Shown here: one piece after another, positions 42,165 through 54,059 of the stretch
Numbering within the stretch: position 1 is the stretch's first letter
Layout: every line of letters begins with the position of its first letter
Assembly (NCBI GenBank): GCA_951406725.2
Contig: OX597814.1
Location: forward strand, 220,286,001 to 220,350,000
Direction: 5' to 3'
Source of the DNA: Octopus vulgaris
Lineage: Eukaryota
Length of the DNA: 64,000 nucleotides
The notes under the pieces: model-generated
The model's input: only the letters and a program-made list of their open reading frames with translations
Databases searched by the model: none
What the model was told of the DNA's origin: nothing
Program-made: the position numbers and the translations under genes

Positions 42165-43000
42165 ATGGCAGAACAAAGCAGTGAGTGAATAAAGTTGCTC
42201 ACACAACAACTTCAGAGGAAACAAATGGAGGGACAGGCTCAGCAGCACAAAGAAGACATGGAAACTTTGATTCATGTTCAAATTTCTGAAAAGGATTCCA
42301 GTCCAAGTTCTTGTCTTCCAACTTCTTCAACTGCTATCCCACTATTTGCTGCTTTTGATTCAACAACAGAATTATGACTTGATTACCAGTCGAGATTCTG
42401 CAATTTTGTTGTGGCCAATACTGTACCTGACCAGCACAAGGTTCAAGTTTTCTTGACGAATCAAACCGTTACCATCTATAAACAACTGGTGAACCTTGCT
42501 ACTCAACAGAATCCGCCCAAGGATATTAACAAGCTGATGATGGAGGAAATTGTCAATTTTATGAAAGTACAATTCAACGCAAAATGTTCCAAGTTCTGGA
42601 GTGACAGGCAACAAAAGCCAGGTGAAACTCTCCAGGAGCTGGCAGCGCATATATGTCAAGGTACTGCTACCTGTGACTTACCTTCGATCACAGACCCTCA
42701 AGATGAAGCTCTCAGACAGAGATTCATATGTTCTGTCAACAATGACGCTGTCTTGAAGACTCTTTTCAAGATCAAGGACACAGACCTGGATTTTGCCAGT
42801 GCTGTCCAAGTCGTGACTGAGACTGAAGATGTGGTGAAAGTTGCCAAGGCAACTGTTTACAGTTCCAAGACAAGGTCTGTCAACAAGGACAATCAGAACA
42901 AGGGTCAATGCAAAAACCACCAGCAGTCTAATTCCACAGACCCTGAGTTGAAGTGTTACAGATGTGGAAAGGTCCATAAAGTGACAGACTGCCTCCTACA
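42165..43000 (+). pseudogene. Gypsy Gag remnant with zinc knuckle
   Basis: ORF 42411-43130 has QKPGETLQELAA...DEALRQRFICSV and KCYRCGKVHKVTDC (CCHC). The upstream part is broken by a stop or frameshift. Confidence 0.8.
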
Positions 43001-43743
43001 AAGAAGTCAAATGCCCCTCTACCAGCTCTGTTTATACAGTGGTAAGCCATTAGAACATTCTGGAGAGTTCTACAACTTTCCATTTCATTCTAATGGACAG
43101 ACTTGCATGCCAGCAATTTTTATTGGGTAGATGTAGATGCTAGCGATCTCCACAACACCTTCCCACCAAAACTGATGCTACACTAAAAGCATCAACAACC
43201 AAGTCTCACTCTGGACTTGGGGCTTCTCTTGGATTGTCTAGGGTTGCCTGGTCCATACTCTGGTGCAGGTGGCTTGATCTTGGGTAGAAATGGTCTGATC
43301 TGTCTCCGAGTTGTGGCACTTCTTTCAGGATCTCCATTGAATGATTAGTTGGCTGCTTAGCAACAGACCAGACCACTTCTACTCAAGACCAAACTACCTG
43401 TATCAGAGTTTAAACTGGACAATCCAAGAGAACACCCAAGCCCAGAGAGAGATTTGGTTGTTGATGCTTTCAGTGTAGCATCAGTTTTGGTGGGGAGGTG
43501 TTGTGGAGGTCCCTAGCATCTAAATCTACCCAATAAAAATTGCTGGCATGTGAATCTGTCCAATAAAATCGAATGGAAAGTTGTAGAACTCTCTAGAATG
43601 TTCTAACGGCTTACCGCTAAAAAAGCAGAACTGGTAGAGGGGCGTTTCTCCTTTTGCTTTTGTCTTTTCTTGTTAGACACAGTTTGAGAGAAGATAATAA
43701 GCCTATCTTAGTATCACTGTGAGTGAACGAGAGAAGCACAACA

Positions 43744-44945
43744 GCAGCTATGCTACATGGTAGTGAAACATGGGCTGTAACTACAGAAGACATGTGGAGG
43801 CTTGAGAGAAATGAAGCCAGTATGCTTTGCTGGATGCGGAATGTCAGTGTAAATGTTTTAAGAGAAAAAGTGGGTATAAGAGGCAACAGATGGGGTGTGC
43901 AAGAGGGAAGGAAGACTGTGCTGATATGGTCATAGGATGAGTATGGATGAAGTTAGCTGCATAAAGAATTGCCAATCCCTAATTGTGGAGAGAACATGTG
44001 GCAGAAGCAGACTCAGGGAGATCTGGGATGAAGTTGTGAGAAATGATCTTTAGACGTTGAGCCTCACAGAGATGACAATATGCTGAGACTCCTGGTGATT
44101 TGCGGTGCTGGAGAAGTCATGACAAGCTAAGTAAAATCAGGGCCATCCATACATCCAGGCATGTCCTTCATGGCTAGGCCCCACCCCCACAATCTGTCCT
44201 TTGTCATATTTCTCCAGCAACCTATCATCCCAACACCACCATCCCATAACTCCTGATCCCCACTCACTGCAGGCGCCCTCTACTCTCCCTCACATGCCTA
44301 TCTGCACACCCTTCATGCCGTTACATACCTACCATACCCCACTTTCAACCACTCCAATTTCTTTCACCATCACTTGCTACAGTTACTGCTTCCTCATCAC
44401 TAAAAATCTCCCGTTACACTCTTATGGAATTCCCACCTCTATCCATTCTGTACCACCTATACTCCTCCTCCCACTGCTTCCTGTGTGTAGTCCCCACCTC
44501 CACAGATGTGTCCCCTACACCATCTATTTTTCTCACTGACTGTCTCTCTATATTTCTTTTTAATTCTGTCTTGCCTTTCTTTTCCAAGAATCCCCTCTAT
44601 TGTAAGAGAACTACTTCTGTCCCTCTATTACACTCTAATCTCCTACTTGGCACACAGACACTTGTCTTGGTTCCACTCCCTTTCCCAGTTGAGTACTTTA
44701 TGTCTTACAGGTGACTTGGTGACCCCACAGGTGATGGTGCCACCTAGAAAGTAGCATTTCCCGTGCCACATGAAAAAAATCCAGTACACCCTATAAAGTG
44801 GTGGGCACCAGATGGACATCAAGCCATAGAAACCATTCCAAAGCAGACAATGGAGCCTGGTACAGTCCGCTGGCTTGCCAGCTCCTGTCGAACCATCCAA
44901 CCCATGCCAGCAAGGAGGAGGGACGTTAAAATGATGATTTTGATG
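43744..44945 (+). mobile_element. RTE LINE, 3' part with pyrimidine-rich UTR and tail
   Basis: AMLHGSETWAVTTEDMWRLERNEASMLCWMRNVS continues the frame broken at 40837 and ends in the common tail gttaaaatgatga. Confidence 0.8.
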
Positions 44946-45169
44946 ATATACGTATATTTTAGAGGCGTACTTGCCAGGCAAGTGATTTTATCTGAGATCA
45001 TGTGTTGAAGCCAAAATGACTGCAGCGTCAAAGACACGAAGCTGTGTCTGAGTCATTGAAAAACACACAAAGATTGTTAAAATCGCTTAAACATTTATTA
45101 TTTGTTACTTGGTGTCAAAATTTTTGTTGCACGAAATGTGACCTGGTCACTAACAAGATTGCATTGTGT

Positions 45170-45196
45170 TATATATATATACGTGTGTATATGCAT

Positions 45197-45227
<31 letters not shown>

Positions 45228-45327
45228 CGTGTGTATACGTGCATATATACATATGTACATATATATACATGCATATATATATACATATGTATACATATAT
45301 GCATACATATTTATAAATTATATGTAT

Positions 45328-45376
<49 letters not shown>

Positions 45377-45486
45377 ATACATATATGTATATATACATAT
45401 ATATATATATACATATATATATACATATACATATATATATACATATATGTATATATACATATATATATATATACATATATAATACA

Positions 45487-45519
<33 letters not shown>

Positions 45520-45707
45520 GCATAGATACACATATATACATATATATATATGTATATGCACATATATACATATGTACATATATATATGCATATGCATATA
45601 TATACATATATATACATATGTACATATATATGTGTATATGCATATACACACATATATAAATGTGTATTTATATATACACATTTATATATATCTATATATA
45701 CATCCAT

Positions 45708-45754
<47 letters not shown>

Positions 45755-46009
45755 TATATATTATATATACACATATGCATACATATATGTATATATACAC
45801 ATACGTATATATATATATGTATATATACACACACACATATATGAATGTATATATACACTCACACACTCATATCATCATCATCATCATCATTGTTTAATGT
45901 CCGCTTTCCATGCTAGCATGGGTTGGACGGTTCAACTGGGGTCTGGGAAGCCAGAAGGCTGCACCAGGCCCAGTCTGATCTGGCAGTGTTTCTACAGCTG
46001 GATGCCCTT

Positions 46010-46053
<44 letters not shown>

Positions 46054-46063
46054 TTATTTTTTG

Positions 46064-46155
<92 letters not shown>

Positions 46156-46204
46156 ATATATATATATAACAAAAAATTAAAATTTTGGACATAGTTACCA
46201 AAGG

Positions 46205-46250
<46 letters not shown>
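45170..46250. repeat. Long compound (TA)/(TACA) microsatellite with an embedded minus-strand RTE tail (45870-46010)
   Basis: Read directly. Confidence 0.95.
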
Positions 46251-46253
<3 letters not shown>

Positions 46254-47032
46254 TGGAAAACAAAAATGTTGTAACATTGTCTGTGGGAATTGAATGTCAT
46301 AACACTAAGTATGTGCATGTATGTGGGTGCACACCTATGTTGTTGAGGGTGCTTATCAATCACATAGTTTCAGCAGCACCTTAAGCAAGTTTCTTTTACT
46401 ATAGCCCCAGGCCAACCAAAGCCTTGTAAGTGGATTCAGTGTATGAATATTGAAGAAGAAGCCTATGGTAATATAATGTGTGTGTGTGTTATCTGTGTAT
46501 GTGTGTCTGTTTGTTTATGTCTGCCACTTGCTTATTCAAATGCCATATTGTTCATGAGGTGTTTCTTTTGACATCTTTCCTGTACAAAGGTCAGCAATTT
46601 GTTTCATGCCTTTCAAGGTCTATGGAGTTGGAGATCCCTTAATTGTAAAACAACTAAGGGCTAGCATCAGGAAGAGCAGTGTAAAATGAAAAAAAAAAAT
46701 GGGTGTGCCTTTGCATACCGTTTATAAAGAATTCAAATTCAGATGTTCCGCTTATACTAACTTGGATGAAAGAAAACTTGAAGAAAATAAAGCAAATCAG
46801 TATAAGAAGATACACACACATACATCCCACTTCTAAATATGCTGAGGACCAATTTATTGAATTTAATTAAATTACCTGTTTCCAATCTTACTTAGCCTAT
46901 TTTGATTTGGTTTTAAATCAATAATCATCTTTGAAAAGTTACTGATTACTTCTGATGGAAGGAATATAACTAATTGCAATTTATTACACTCCGGACACTC
47001 ATAGAAAATTTAACCCTCTATATTGATCTTTA

Positions 47033-47200
47033 AGGATGGCAGAATCGTTAGTGAGTTGGACAAACTGGTTAGCAACATTTCATCCAGCTCTTTTCATTCT
47101 GAGTTCAAATTCCACCGAGGTAGACTTTGCCTTTCATCCTTTCGGGGTTGATAAAATAAGTATCAGTTGAACACTGGAGTGAGTGTAACCAACTAACTCC
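47033..47200 (+). mobile_element. SINE family B, diverged
   Basis: ctgagttcaaattccaccgaggtagactttgcctttcatcctttcggggttgataaaataagta. Confidence 0.8.
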
Positions 47201-47208
47201 CTCCCACC

Positions 47209-47585
47209 AAAAAAACACCATCCGAGCGTGGCCGTTTGCCAGCCTCGTCTGGCACCTGTGTCCGTGGCACATAAAAAAAAACACCATCCGAGCGTAGCCG
47301 TTCGCCAGCCTCGTCTGGAACCTGTGTCCGTGGCACATAAAAAAAAACACCATCCGAGCGTGGCCGTTTGCCAGCCTCGTCAGGCACCTGTGCTGGTGGC
47401 ATGTAAAAAGCACCCACTACACTCACGGAGTGGTTGGCGTTAGGAAGGGCATCCAGCTGTAGAAACACTGCCAGATATGACTGGCCTGGTGCAGCCTTCG
47501 GGCTTCCCAGATACCCAGTTGAACCGTCCAACCCATGCTAGCATGGAAAGCGGACGTTAAACGATGATGATGATGATGATGATGA
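47209..47585 (+). mobile_element. RTE-LINE 3' UTR with three ~65-bp tandem units and (GAT)n tail
   Basis: Three units aaaacaccatccgagcgtggccgtttgccagcctcgtctggcacctgtg followed by the common tail. Confidence 0.88.
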
Positions 47586-48166
47586 TTATTATGAGGGTAT
47601 ATGGCTTAGTGGTTAAGGTGTTGCACTCATGATCTAGCAGTCATGATTTCGATTCCTAGACTGGGTGGTGTGTTGTGTTCTGGAGCAAAACACCGCATCT
47701 CACTTTACCCTGCAATTATGCTGAAACTTGATGCATGGTACTCTGTGCATCTGTTCAAACAATGTCAATTTGAAGGAGGGCGTGAGCTAATGTGTGACAT
47801 GAATATTCAATCACTATGAACAAATCATTTGTGCAGGTCGTTCGGCCAAAGCTGAATGCTCATATGTCATCTTCAGCAGGAAGGACCATCATTTAAGGGT
47901 GTTCAATGAAACACTTATGATTCCAGAGGTAAATTATTCAAACTCCAAGCAATTCCTCTCAACATATGGGTATGAGGCTTCCCCACTACTTTTACTTGTG
48001 ATCAGAGATGGACATACCATCAGCCACCAAGGGACGTGTTCAACTGGTTATGGTCAAACAATTAACAAGCAAATCTGTGGTAATGAGCAGAACATTTGCT
48101 ATAACACATCTTTTAGACCAAGACAAAATTTTATATCTATTATTACTATTATTATTTTATTATTAC

Positions 48167-48202
<36 letters not shown>

Positions 48203-48628
48203 TATTACTCTTATTAATATTGCAGTATCATATTGAAATCATAAAATTAATAATACTTAAGTAGAATGAGAAAATTTAATCCTCCAAATTCAATTACACC
48301 ACATCATTTACACTGCAGACTCTTCTTCATTAACTTTTATAGCAATAAACCACTTTCAAGAAATCTTTGAAATACTTAAAAGTATATGAACAGAGAAAGT
48401 AAGAAAAACAATTTAACTGTAAGGCATTTGGTCAAAACATCTGTTTGCACCACATTGGTGCTGTTTTTGAATATAATCTGTTCATATGAATATACAGGCA
48501 ACAGATCTCAGTTTTACTGGGTGGAAGGGAAAAGCAATGATGAGAAAATCAAGCCTAGCAAACAGGGAATGAAAAACCTTAGTGATTCTAGCGAACAAGG
48601 GATGCACTGTATACACACCCATATACAA

Positions 48629-48666
<38 letters not shown>

Positions 48667-48670
48667 ATGA

Positions 48671-48815
48671 CGTTAGGAAGAGCATCCAGCTGTAGAAACA
48701 CTCCCAGATCAGACTGGAGCCTGGTGCAGCCTCTTGGCTTCCCAGACCCCAGTCGAAACATCCAACCCATGCTAGCATGGAAAACAGACGTTAAACGATG
48801 ATGATGATGATGATG
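48671..48815 (+). mobile_element. RTE-LINE tail copy
   Basis: Common tail plus (GAT)n. Confidence 0.8.
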
Positions 48816-49486
48816 ATATATAAATATAGAACTTACTGTTGTCAAGGCTGCTGCATGGCTTTCAATTATAAATAAATAAAATAAAAATTACACATCGTGT
48901 ACAGGACATCACCAACAAGTGAAAAAATACGTAAACACACCAGAGAAAAGTACAGGACAAGATACCAAAAGAAGATAACTCCTTATCAGTTGTCAGACTG
49001 TTTATTACTCTTATTTCTTGCTTTTAATGACAATATAGGGAGTTTATATATTTTTCACTCATTGGTGATGTCCTGTACACAATGCATACCCATTACAATT
49101 TGTCCTGGCCTAATGGCTCTTAATGTTTGTGTTCGTTGACTGTTTACTCTCTATGTCCACTCTGTCATTGCTTGTTCATTCAAAGCTTTAACTCTTCAGA
49201 AGTTTTATATTTTTAAAATTTCTGGAAGCTGCTGTCTTATGAAGGTTCCTTATATTGTCATTAAAAGCATGAAATAGGAGTAATAAACAGTCTGACAAGT
49301 GATGAGGAGTTATCTTCTTTTGGTATTTTGTCCAGGGCTTTTCTCTCATGTGTTTACATATTTTTCACTTGTTGCTGATGTCCTGTACTTGTCTCTCGTG
49401 TGTTTATGTACTTTGCACTCATTGGTGATGTCCTGTACACAATGTGTAATTTTTATTTTATATACATACATACATACATACATACA

Positions 49487-49522
<36 letters not shown>

Positions 49523-49646
49523 TCATTTGTAAGTTTGTTGCTACAGATGTTCTATGGAATTCAAAGCCAGTATTGAAAGTTATGATGTTTCCTGTAGAAA
49601 TATGTTTATGTGAACAATGTGATAAAAGAAAAAAATATCAGCAATG

Positions 49647-49691
49647 GGTGTATATGCATATTTCAAGAGTTATTGCTCTTTCATCAGCACC
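49647..49691 (-). ncRNA. Minimal type I hammerhead ribozyme motif (Penelope-like)
   Basis: GGTG CTGATGA AAGAG caataa CTCTT GAAA tatgcata TA CACC: stem I, catalytic core, stem II, palindromic stem III, AUA cleavage triplet. Confidence 0.75.
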
Positions 49692-49765
49692 ACATCCAAC
49701 CCATTAACCATCCACAAACACTGTATTTAAGTAATGCATTCGTGGATAGTTGATGGGTTAGATGT

Positions 49766-49810
49766 GGTGCTGATGAAAGAGCAATAACTCTTGAAATATG
49801 CATATACATC
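49766..49810 (+). ncRNA. Minimal type I hammerhead ribozyme motif, inverted partner copy
   Basis: GGTG CTGATGA AAGAG caataa CTCTT GAAA tatgcata TA CATC (one G-U pair in stem I). Confidence 0.72.
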
Positions 49811-50040
49811 TATTTCCTATATTTTCAATCCCATTGTTTGCATGAATGTATTCATAAACAAAATTTCATAACTTTCAGTGCTAGCTCTGAATGCTTTAAG
49901 AAACGTAAACAGATAATCTTTAAAATGAGAACATCACACTGTTGACATAAAAATAATATTGATTTGTAAACCTTCAATATATTTGGTAGTATATTATGGT
50001 TGCAAAATGAAATATTGTGTCCTTACTATTAATATATATG

Positions 50041-50272
50041 TTTCTTTATTACCCACAAGGGGCTAAACATAGAGGGAACAAACAAGGACAGACAAATGGA
50101 TTAAGTCGATTACATCAACCCCACTGCATAACTGGTACTTAATTTTATCGACCCCTAAAGGATGAAAGGCAAAGTCGACCTCGGCGGAATTTGAACTTGG
50201 AACGTAACGGCAGACGAAATACGGCTACGCATTTCACCCGGCGTGCTAACGGTTCTGCCAGCTCGCCGCCTT
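50041..50272 (-). mobile_element. SINE family B
   Basis: Near-consensus copy. Confidence 0.88.
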
Positions 50273-50789
50273 ATACAAACACACACAAATACATACACAT
50301 ATATACATACACACAAGCCACAGTGATCTGCATAGAGTATCTATATGACATGTTGATCAGAAGCAAGAGTAAATTTTTCTGCTTAACATCCATTTTTCCA
50401 TGGTTGCATCAGTAAGATAACACATTTATTAGAATTGCTTTTTAAATTATTTAAATTTTCATTACAATTCATGAAGTATATATAATAAGTCAATTTAAAT
50501 ATTCCCCCTGCCCCACCATCTTTATTGCCTGCAGTCAGTAGCTTAGATATAATCTTAAGGGCTTCAGTCAATTAAATTTATATAAGTACCTCACGAAGCT
50601 CTTAGTTTGCTACATATTTCACTGACCTTAGAGTGAAGAAAAAGTAGACCATAGTAGAATTTGAAATCAGAATCTAAAAGGTTGTAACCAAACCTCACAA
50701 AGTATTTTGTTCAATCAATACTCTACTAATTTTTCACAACTAAAATTAAAGATTTGGCCAGTATAAGTCTTGAAACTACATTTGAAGTA

Positions 50790-51010
50790 CAGGGTGTTCA
50801 TAAATTACCTTTACAACTTTCTCAATTTATTGTATCAAAGTTGGACTCCACCAATCAACTTCTTTGTAACCAATGGAGCCACCATGGCTGTTTTGATGTT
50901 TCTCATAAATTTTTTGCTTATGTTTCCCAATAAACTCTGCTGAGTTATCTTTACTTTTCCTTTGTTTCTGAAATTTTTTTAAATTGTAAAGATAATTTAT
51001 GGACACCCTG
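50790..51010. mobile_element. Tc1/mariner-type MITE
   Basis: TA|CAGGGTGTTCATAAATTACCTTTACAA...TTGTAAAGATAATTTATGGACACCCTG|TA. Confidence 0.85.
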
Positions 51011-51472
51011 TAATAAGAGGATGCTTGAACAAATGAAGATAACAGGTAAACATTTAATGTCCATTTTCCATGCTGGCATGGGTTGGATGGCTTAACAGGA
51101 ACTGGCAAGACAAGGGGCTGCATCAAGTTCCAAAGTCTTTTGGTTGGTTTCTACATCTGGATGCCCCTCCTGATGCCAACAGTTGCATAAAAACTGTCAG
51201 AGAAAGAAACCACCATCATCATCATTCTAATGTCCACTTTTCTATTATTGTATGGGTCAGACGGAATTCAATGATTTTCTATAGCTGGATACCCTTCCTC
51301 CTAACTATCACTAAATTTTGAACAAAGTAATATTCTCCTTTGGCTGGAAATGTTTTCATGGAAGACTGGAAATGAATAATAATGTTTGTATGACACTGAA
51401 CTCAAAAACCATCAAGTAATATCAGAACAAGGAGACACACACATACATGATGAGCTTCTTTCAGGTTTCATA

Positions 51473-51873
51473 TCTATATATATATAAAAGAGAGGTTGTG
51501 TGTCTGTCTGTCTCCTACGATTTAGATTCCTAACTACTCCCACATTTTGCGGTGCAGTGTAACCAAAACTGGGTATCTTATAGTCGTGATTCATATCGAG
51601 CCCCTCTGGGTATTAGCGTGCTTCTATGATGAGTCTACGATTTAAAAAAAAATTTACCATCATTTTTTTCCGTTTTAATGCATTTTTTCGCTATTATATA
51701 AGGGAAGTAACTCTCTAAAAATGTATTATTAAATCTCAGAACGTAAAAAGCTACAGTAACACACCCCCCTTTGTGGTTAGCCATATTGAGATGGCTATTA
51801 TACTTTACATCTCTAAAAATGCTTATATAGTTATTTCCCTTACAAACCCAGCAACGCCGGGCGATACTGCTAG
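51473..51873 (+). mobile_element. Non-autonomous Helitron
   Basis: A|TCTATATATA...ccc agcaacgccggg hairpin...CTAG|T, no target duplication. Second copy at 60756-61150. Confidence 0.88.
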
Positions 51874-52447
51874 TCCACTTATAAATCTTTAGTCAGTCCA
51901 GGGCTATAGTAAGAGACACTTATCCAAGGTGCCATGCTGTGGAACTGAACCTGAAACCACATGGTTAGGAAGTGAACTACTTAATAAACACAGCCACGCC
52001 TGCACCTAATCTCACAGCTAAATATCAATTTCTCTCCCTAATCATTCAGCTACGCAAGTGAAGCGAGATTAGTCTCTGTATTTGCTATTGTCAACTAAAT
52101 CAGCTGAAGTCATTTGTCTTGGCCAAGGAGGAGTGGAGAGCGAATTATCACAATGTGTGAATTGAGGACATTGTGATCAATTGTCTGGCATCTTAACTGA
52201 AAAGCCAGAGTTAAGTCAAGTAACAACAACAATATCTCATAACTCTATGTCTCTGTAAGTCGTTTTCTTCAAAGGTGTAATCAATATAAGCAATATAATT
52301 CACCATCAGTATAATTCATTTCACTGAGCAAATGAGCCAAAACCTACAGGTATCGAACATAATTCTGTGACGTTCTGGCTGCTTTGTGAATTTAACAAAG
52401 AAGCCCGCTCTAGAAAATCTAAACAATAGATAAAATAAATACAGAAG

Positions 52448-52698
52448 GCCTGTCAAGCCAAGTGAAATCGTAGTCATGGCCGATGATGGTGTCACATAAC
52501 TGGCACCGATGATGGTGTCACATAACTGGCACCCATTACGCCCTTGGAGTGGTTGGTGTTAGGAAGGGCATCCAACTATAGAAACCAATCCAAATTAGAT
52601 TGGAACCGGGTAAGCCCTACAGCTAACCAGTTTCAGACAAACCATTTAACCCATGCCAGCATGGAAAGCAGACACTAAATGATGATGATGATGATGAT
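52448..52698 (+). mobile_element. RTE-LINE 3' end
   Basis: Post-ORF segment similar to the 28.68-kb LINE end, a short tandem duplication, the common tail and (GAT)n. Confidence 0.75.
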
Positions 52699-53364
52699 GC
52701 CGACAGGTGCAACATTGATTTTTCAGAACCATTAGTTGCAAGGCCTGTCCAAATTACTGATTTTTCAAAATCAGGGTGTGGTCACCTCTAAATTAAACAA
52801 CATTAAATTTACCTGAGTAATTAAATGAAATACAGGTACCATTACATTTGTGTAAAGGATTCAAGTTTATTAATATTGTACTGAGCAAGGTATTATGAAT
52901 CAGGGCCACCCAGTAAACTAGTTTGGTGGCCACAGGAATTTCAAGTTCTTGTTGGTAAATTGGTGTGGAGTATAAGAGGTTCTGGTCCATCAGTGTCTAG
53001 AAAGTTGGTGTTGTACCTGTATTTAGCTCTATTAACATTGATGTATCACTAAAGAAACTGAGAATTTTTTCTTTCTTTTCTTTTTTTCTTAAGATTATAA
53101 TCAATCTTTTCAAAGCTTTTAGGACAGGTGAGAAGACGGGAGGATGTTAGGTGTGAACTGAAGCTCTAACCCAAATGAAATGTTTACAGAAGAAAGTATC
53201 CAGAGACCAGGTAGTTTTTAACACCACCACGTAATCATTGGCTACCTTTAGCAGCATCCACTCTGCTACAAACATCCAGGACAGCATCCCCGTTTAAGGT
53301 TACCTTCCTCATTCTCTCTTAGCAATTTCAGAGGCTGGATAAAGGGTCATGGATACTCTCTCTC

Positions 53365-53772
53365 TCTTTTACTCTTTTACTTGTTTCAGTCATTTGACTG
53401 CGGCCATGCTGGAGCACCGCCTTTAATCGAGCAACTCGACCCTGGGACTTATTCTTTTTGTAAGCCCAGTACTTATTCTATCGGTCTCTTTTGCCGAACC
53501 GCTAAGTAACGGAGACATAAACACACCAGCATTGGTTGTCAAGCAATGCTAGGGGGACAAACACAGACACACAAACAAACACACATATATATATATATAT
53601 ACATATATACGACAGGCTTCTTTCAGTTTCCGTCTACCAAATCCACTCACAAGGCATTGGTTGGCCCGGGGCTATAGCAGAAGACACTTGCCCAAGGTGC
53701 CACGCAGTGGGACTGAACCCGGAACCATGTGGTTGGTTAGCAAGCTACTTACCACACAGCCACTCCTGCGCC
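53365..53772 (-). mobile_element. SINE family A, full length, ~90 nt downstream of the exon donor
   Basis: Reverse complement of family A consensus. Confidence 0.9.
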
Positions 53773-53859
53773 TATTGATCTAATAGATAGAAAAACAACA
53801 ACAACAACAAAAAATCCCCCCCCCCCCAAATAAATTTATTATGTTGATAGAGAACTTAC

Positions 53860-54059
53860 CTAGTACGGTGAGACGAGCGGATGCTCTGACAGTGGGGTAG
53901 TTTGATTGCACAACACATTCATAGATTCCACTGTCGGCTGTTGTAGGATTTTTAATATTTAATTTCCGTTTGTATTTTGATAGAATGTATTTAGGTCCAG
54001 TCAGTAAGATACTTTCGTTTTTCACTTTTCGGAACCACGTGATGTTATATTTTAATGGT
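53860..54059 (-). CDS. sdk: Sidekick-like exon, C-terminal half of Ig3
   Basis: ttttcag|A...CTAG|gtaagt, 200 nt, phase 2/1. Translates (R)PLKYNITWFRK...KRKLNIKNPTTADSGIYECVVQSNYPTVRASARLTVL with the Ig W and DSGxYxC motifs. Confidence 0.92.

Larger units (their letters stand above)
40838..43743 (+). mobile_element. Internally deleted Gypsy-type LTR retrotransposon
   Basis: Two similar TGTTGTGGAG-starting LTRs (40838-~41100 and 43499-43743, the latter ending CA). Polypurine tract ggtggggagg. Imperfect 5-bp target duplication acagc/gcagc. Gag present, no pol seen. Confidence 0.85.

Noticed and set aside
42411-43130. 239-aa ORF as a domesticated Gag or Arc-like gene
   Set aside because: It lies between LTRs, its upstream part is disrupted, and its C-terminus runs into the inverted LTR copy. 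I see no evidence of selection.
45044-46277. Many 100-170 aa ORFs rich in Y/I/H/C
   Set aside because: They are translations of TA/CA microsatellites. The same applies at 455-762, 10321-10825, 37144-37548, 54513-55074 and 56398-57267.
47209-47400. Three ~65-bp repeats resembling a CRISPR array
   Set aside because: There are no unique spacers and no cas genes, the context is eukaryotic, and they are tandem units of the RTE 3' UTR.
16257-53859. Dscam-like array of mutually exclusive Ig exons in the large intron
   Set aside because: No additional Ig-motif exons (CxAxG.P.P...W or DxGxYxC) were found on reading, though very short exons cannot be excluded.
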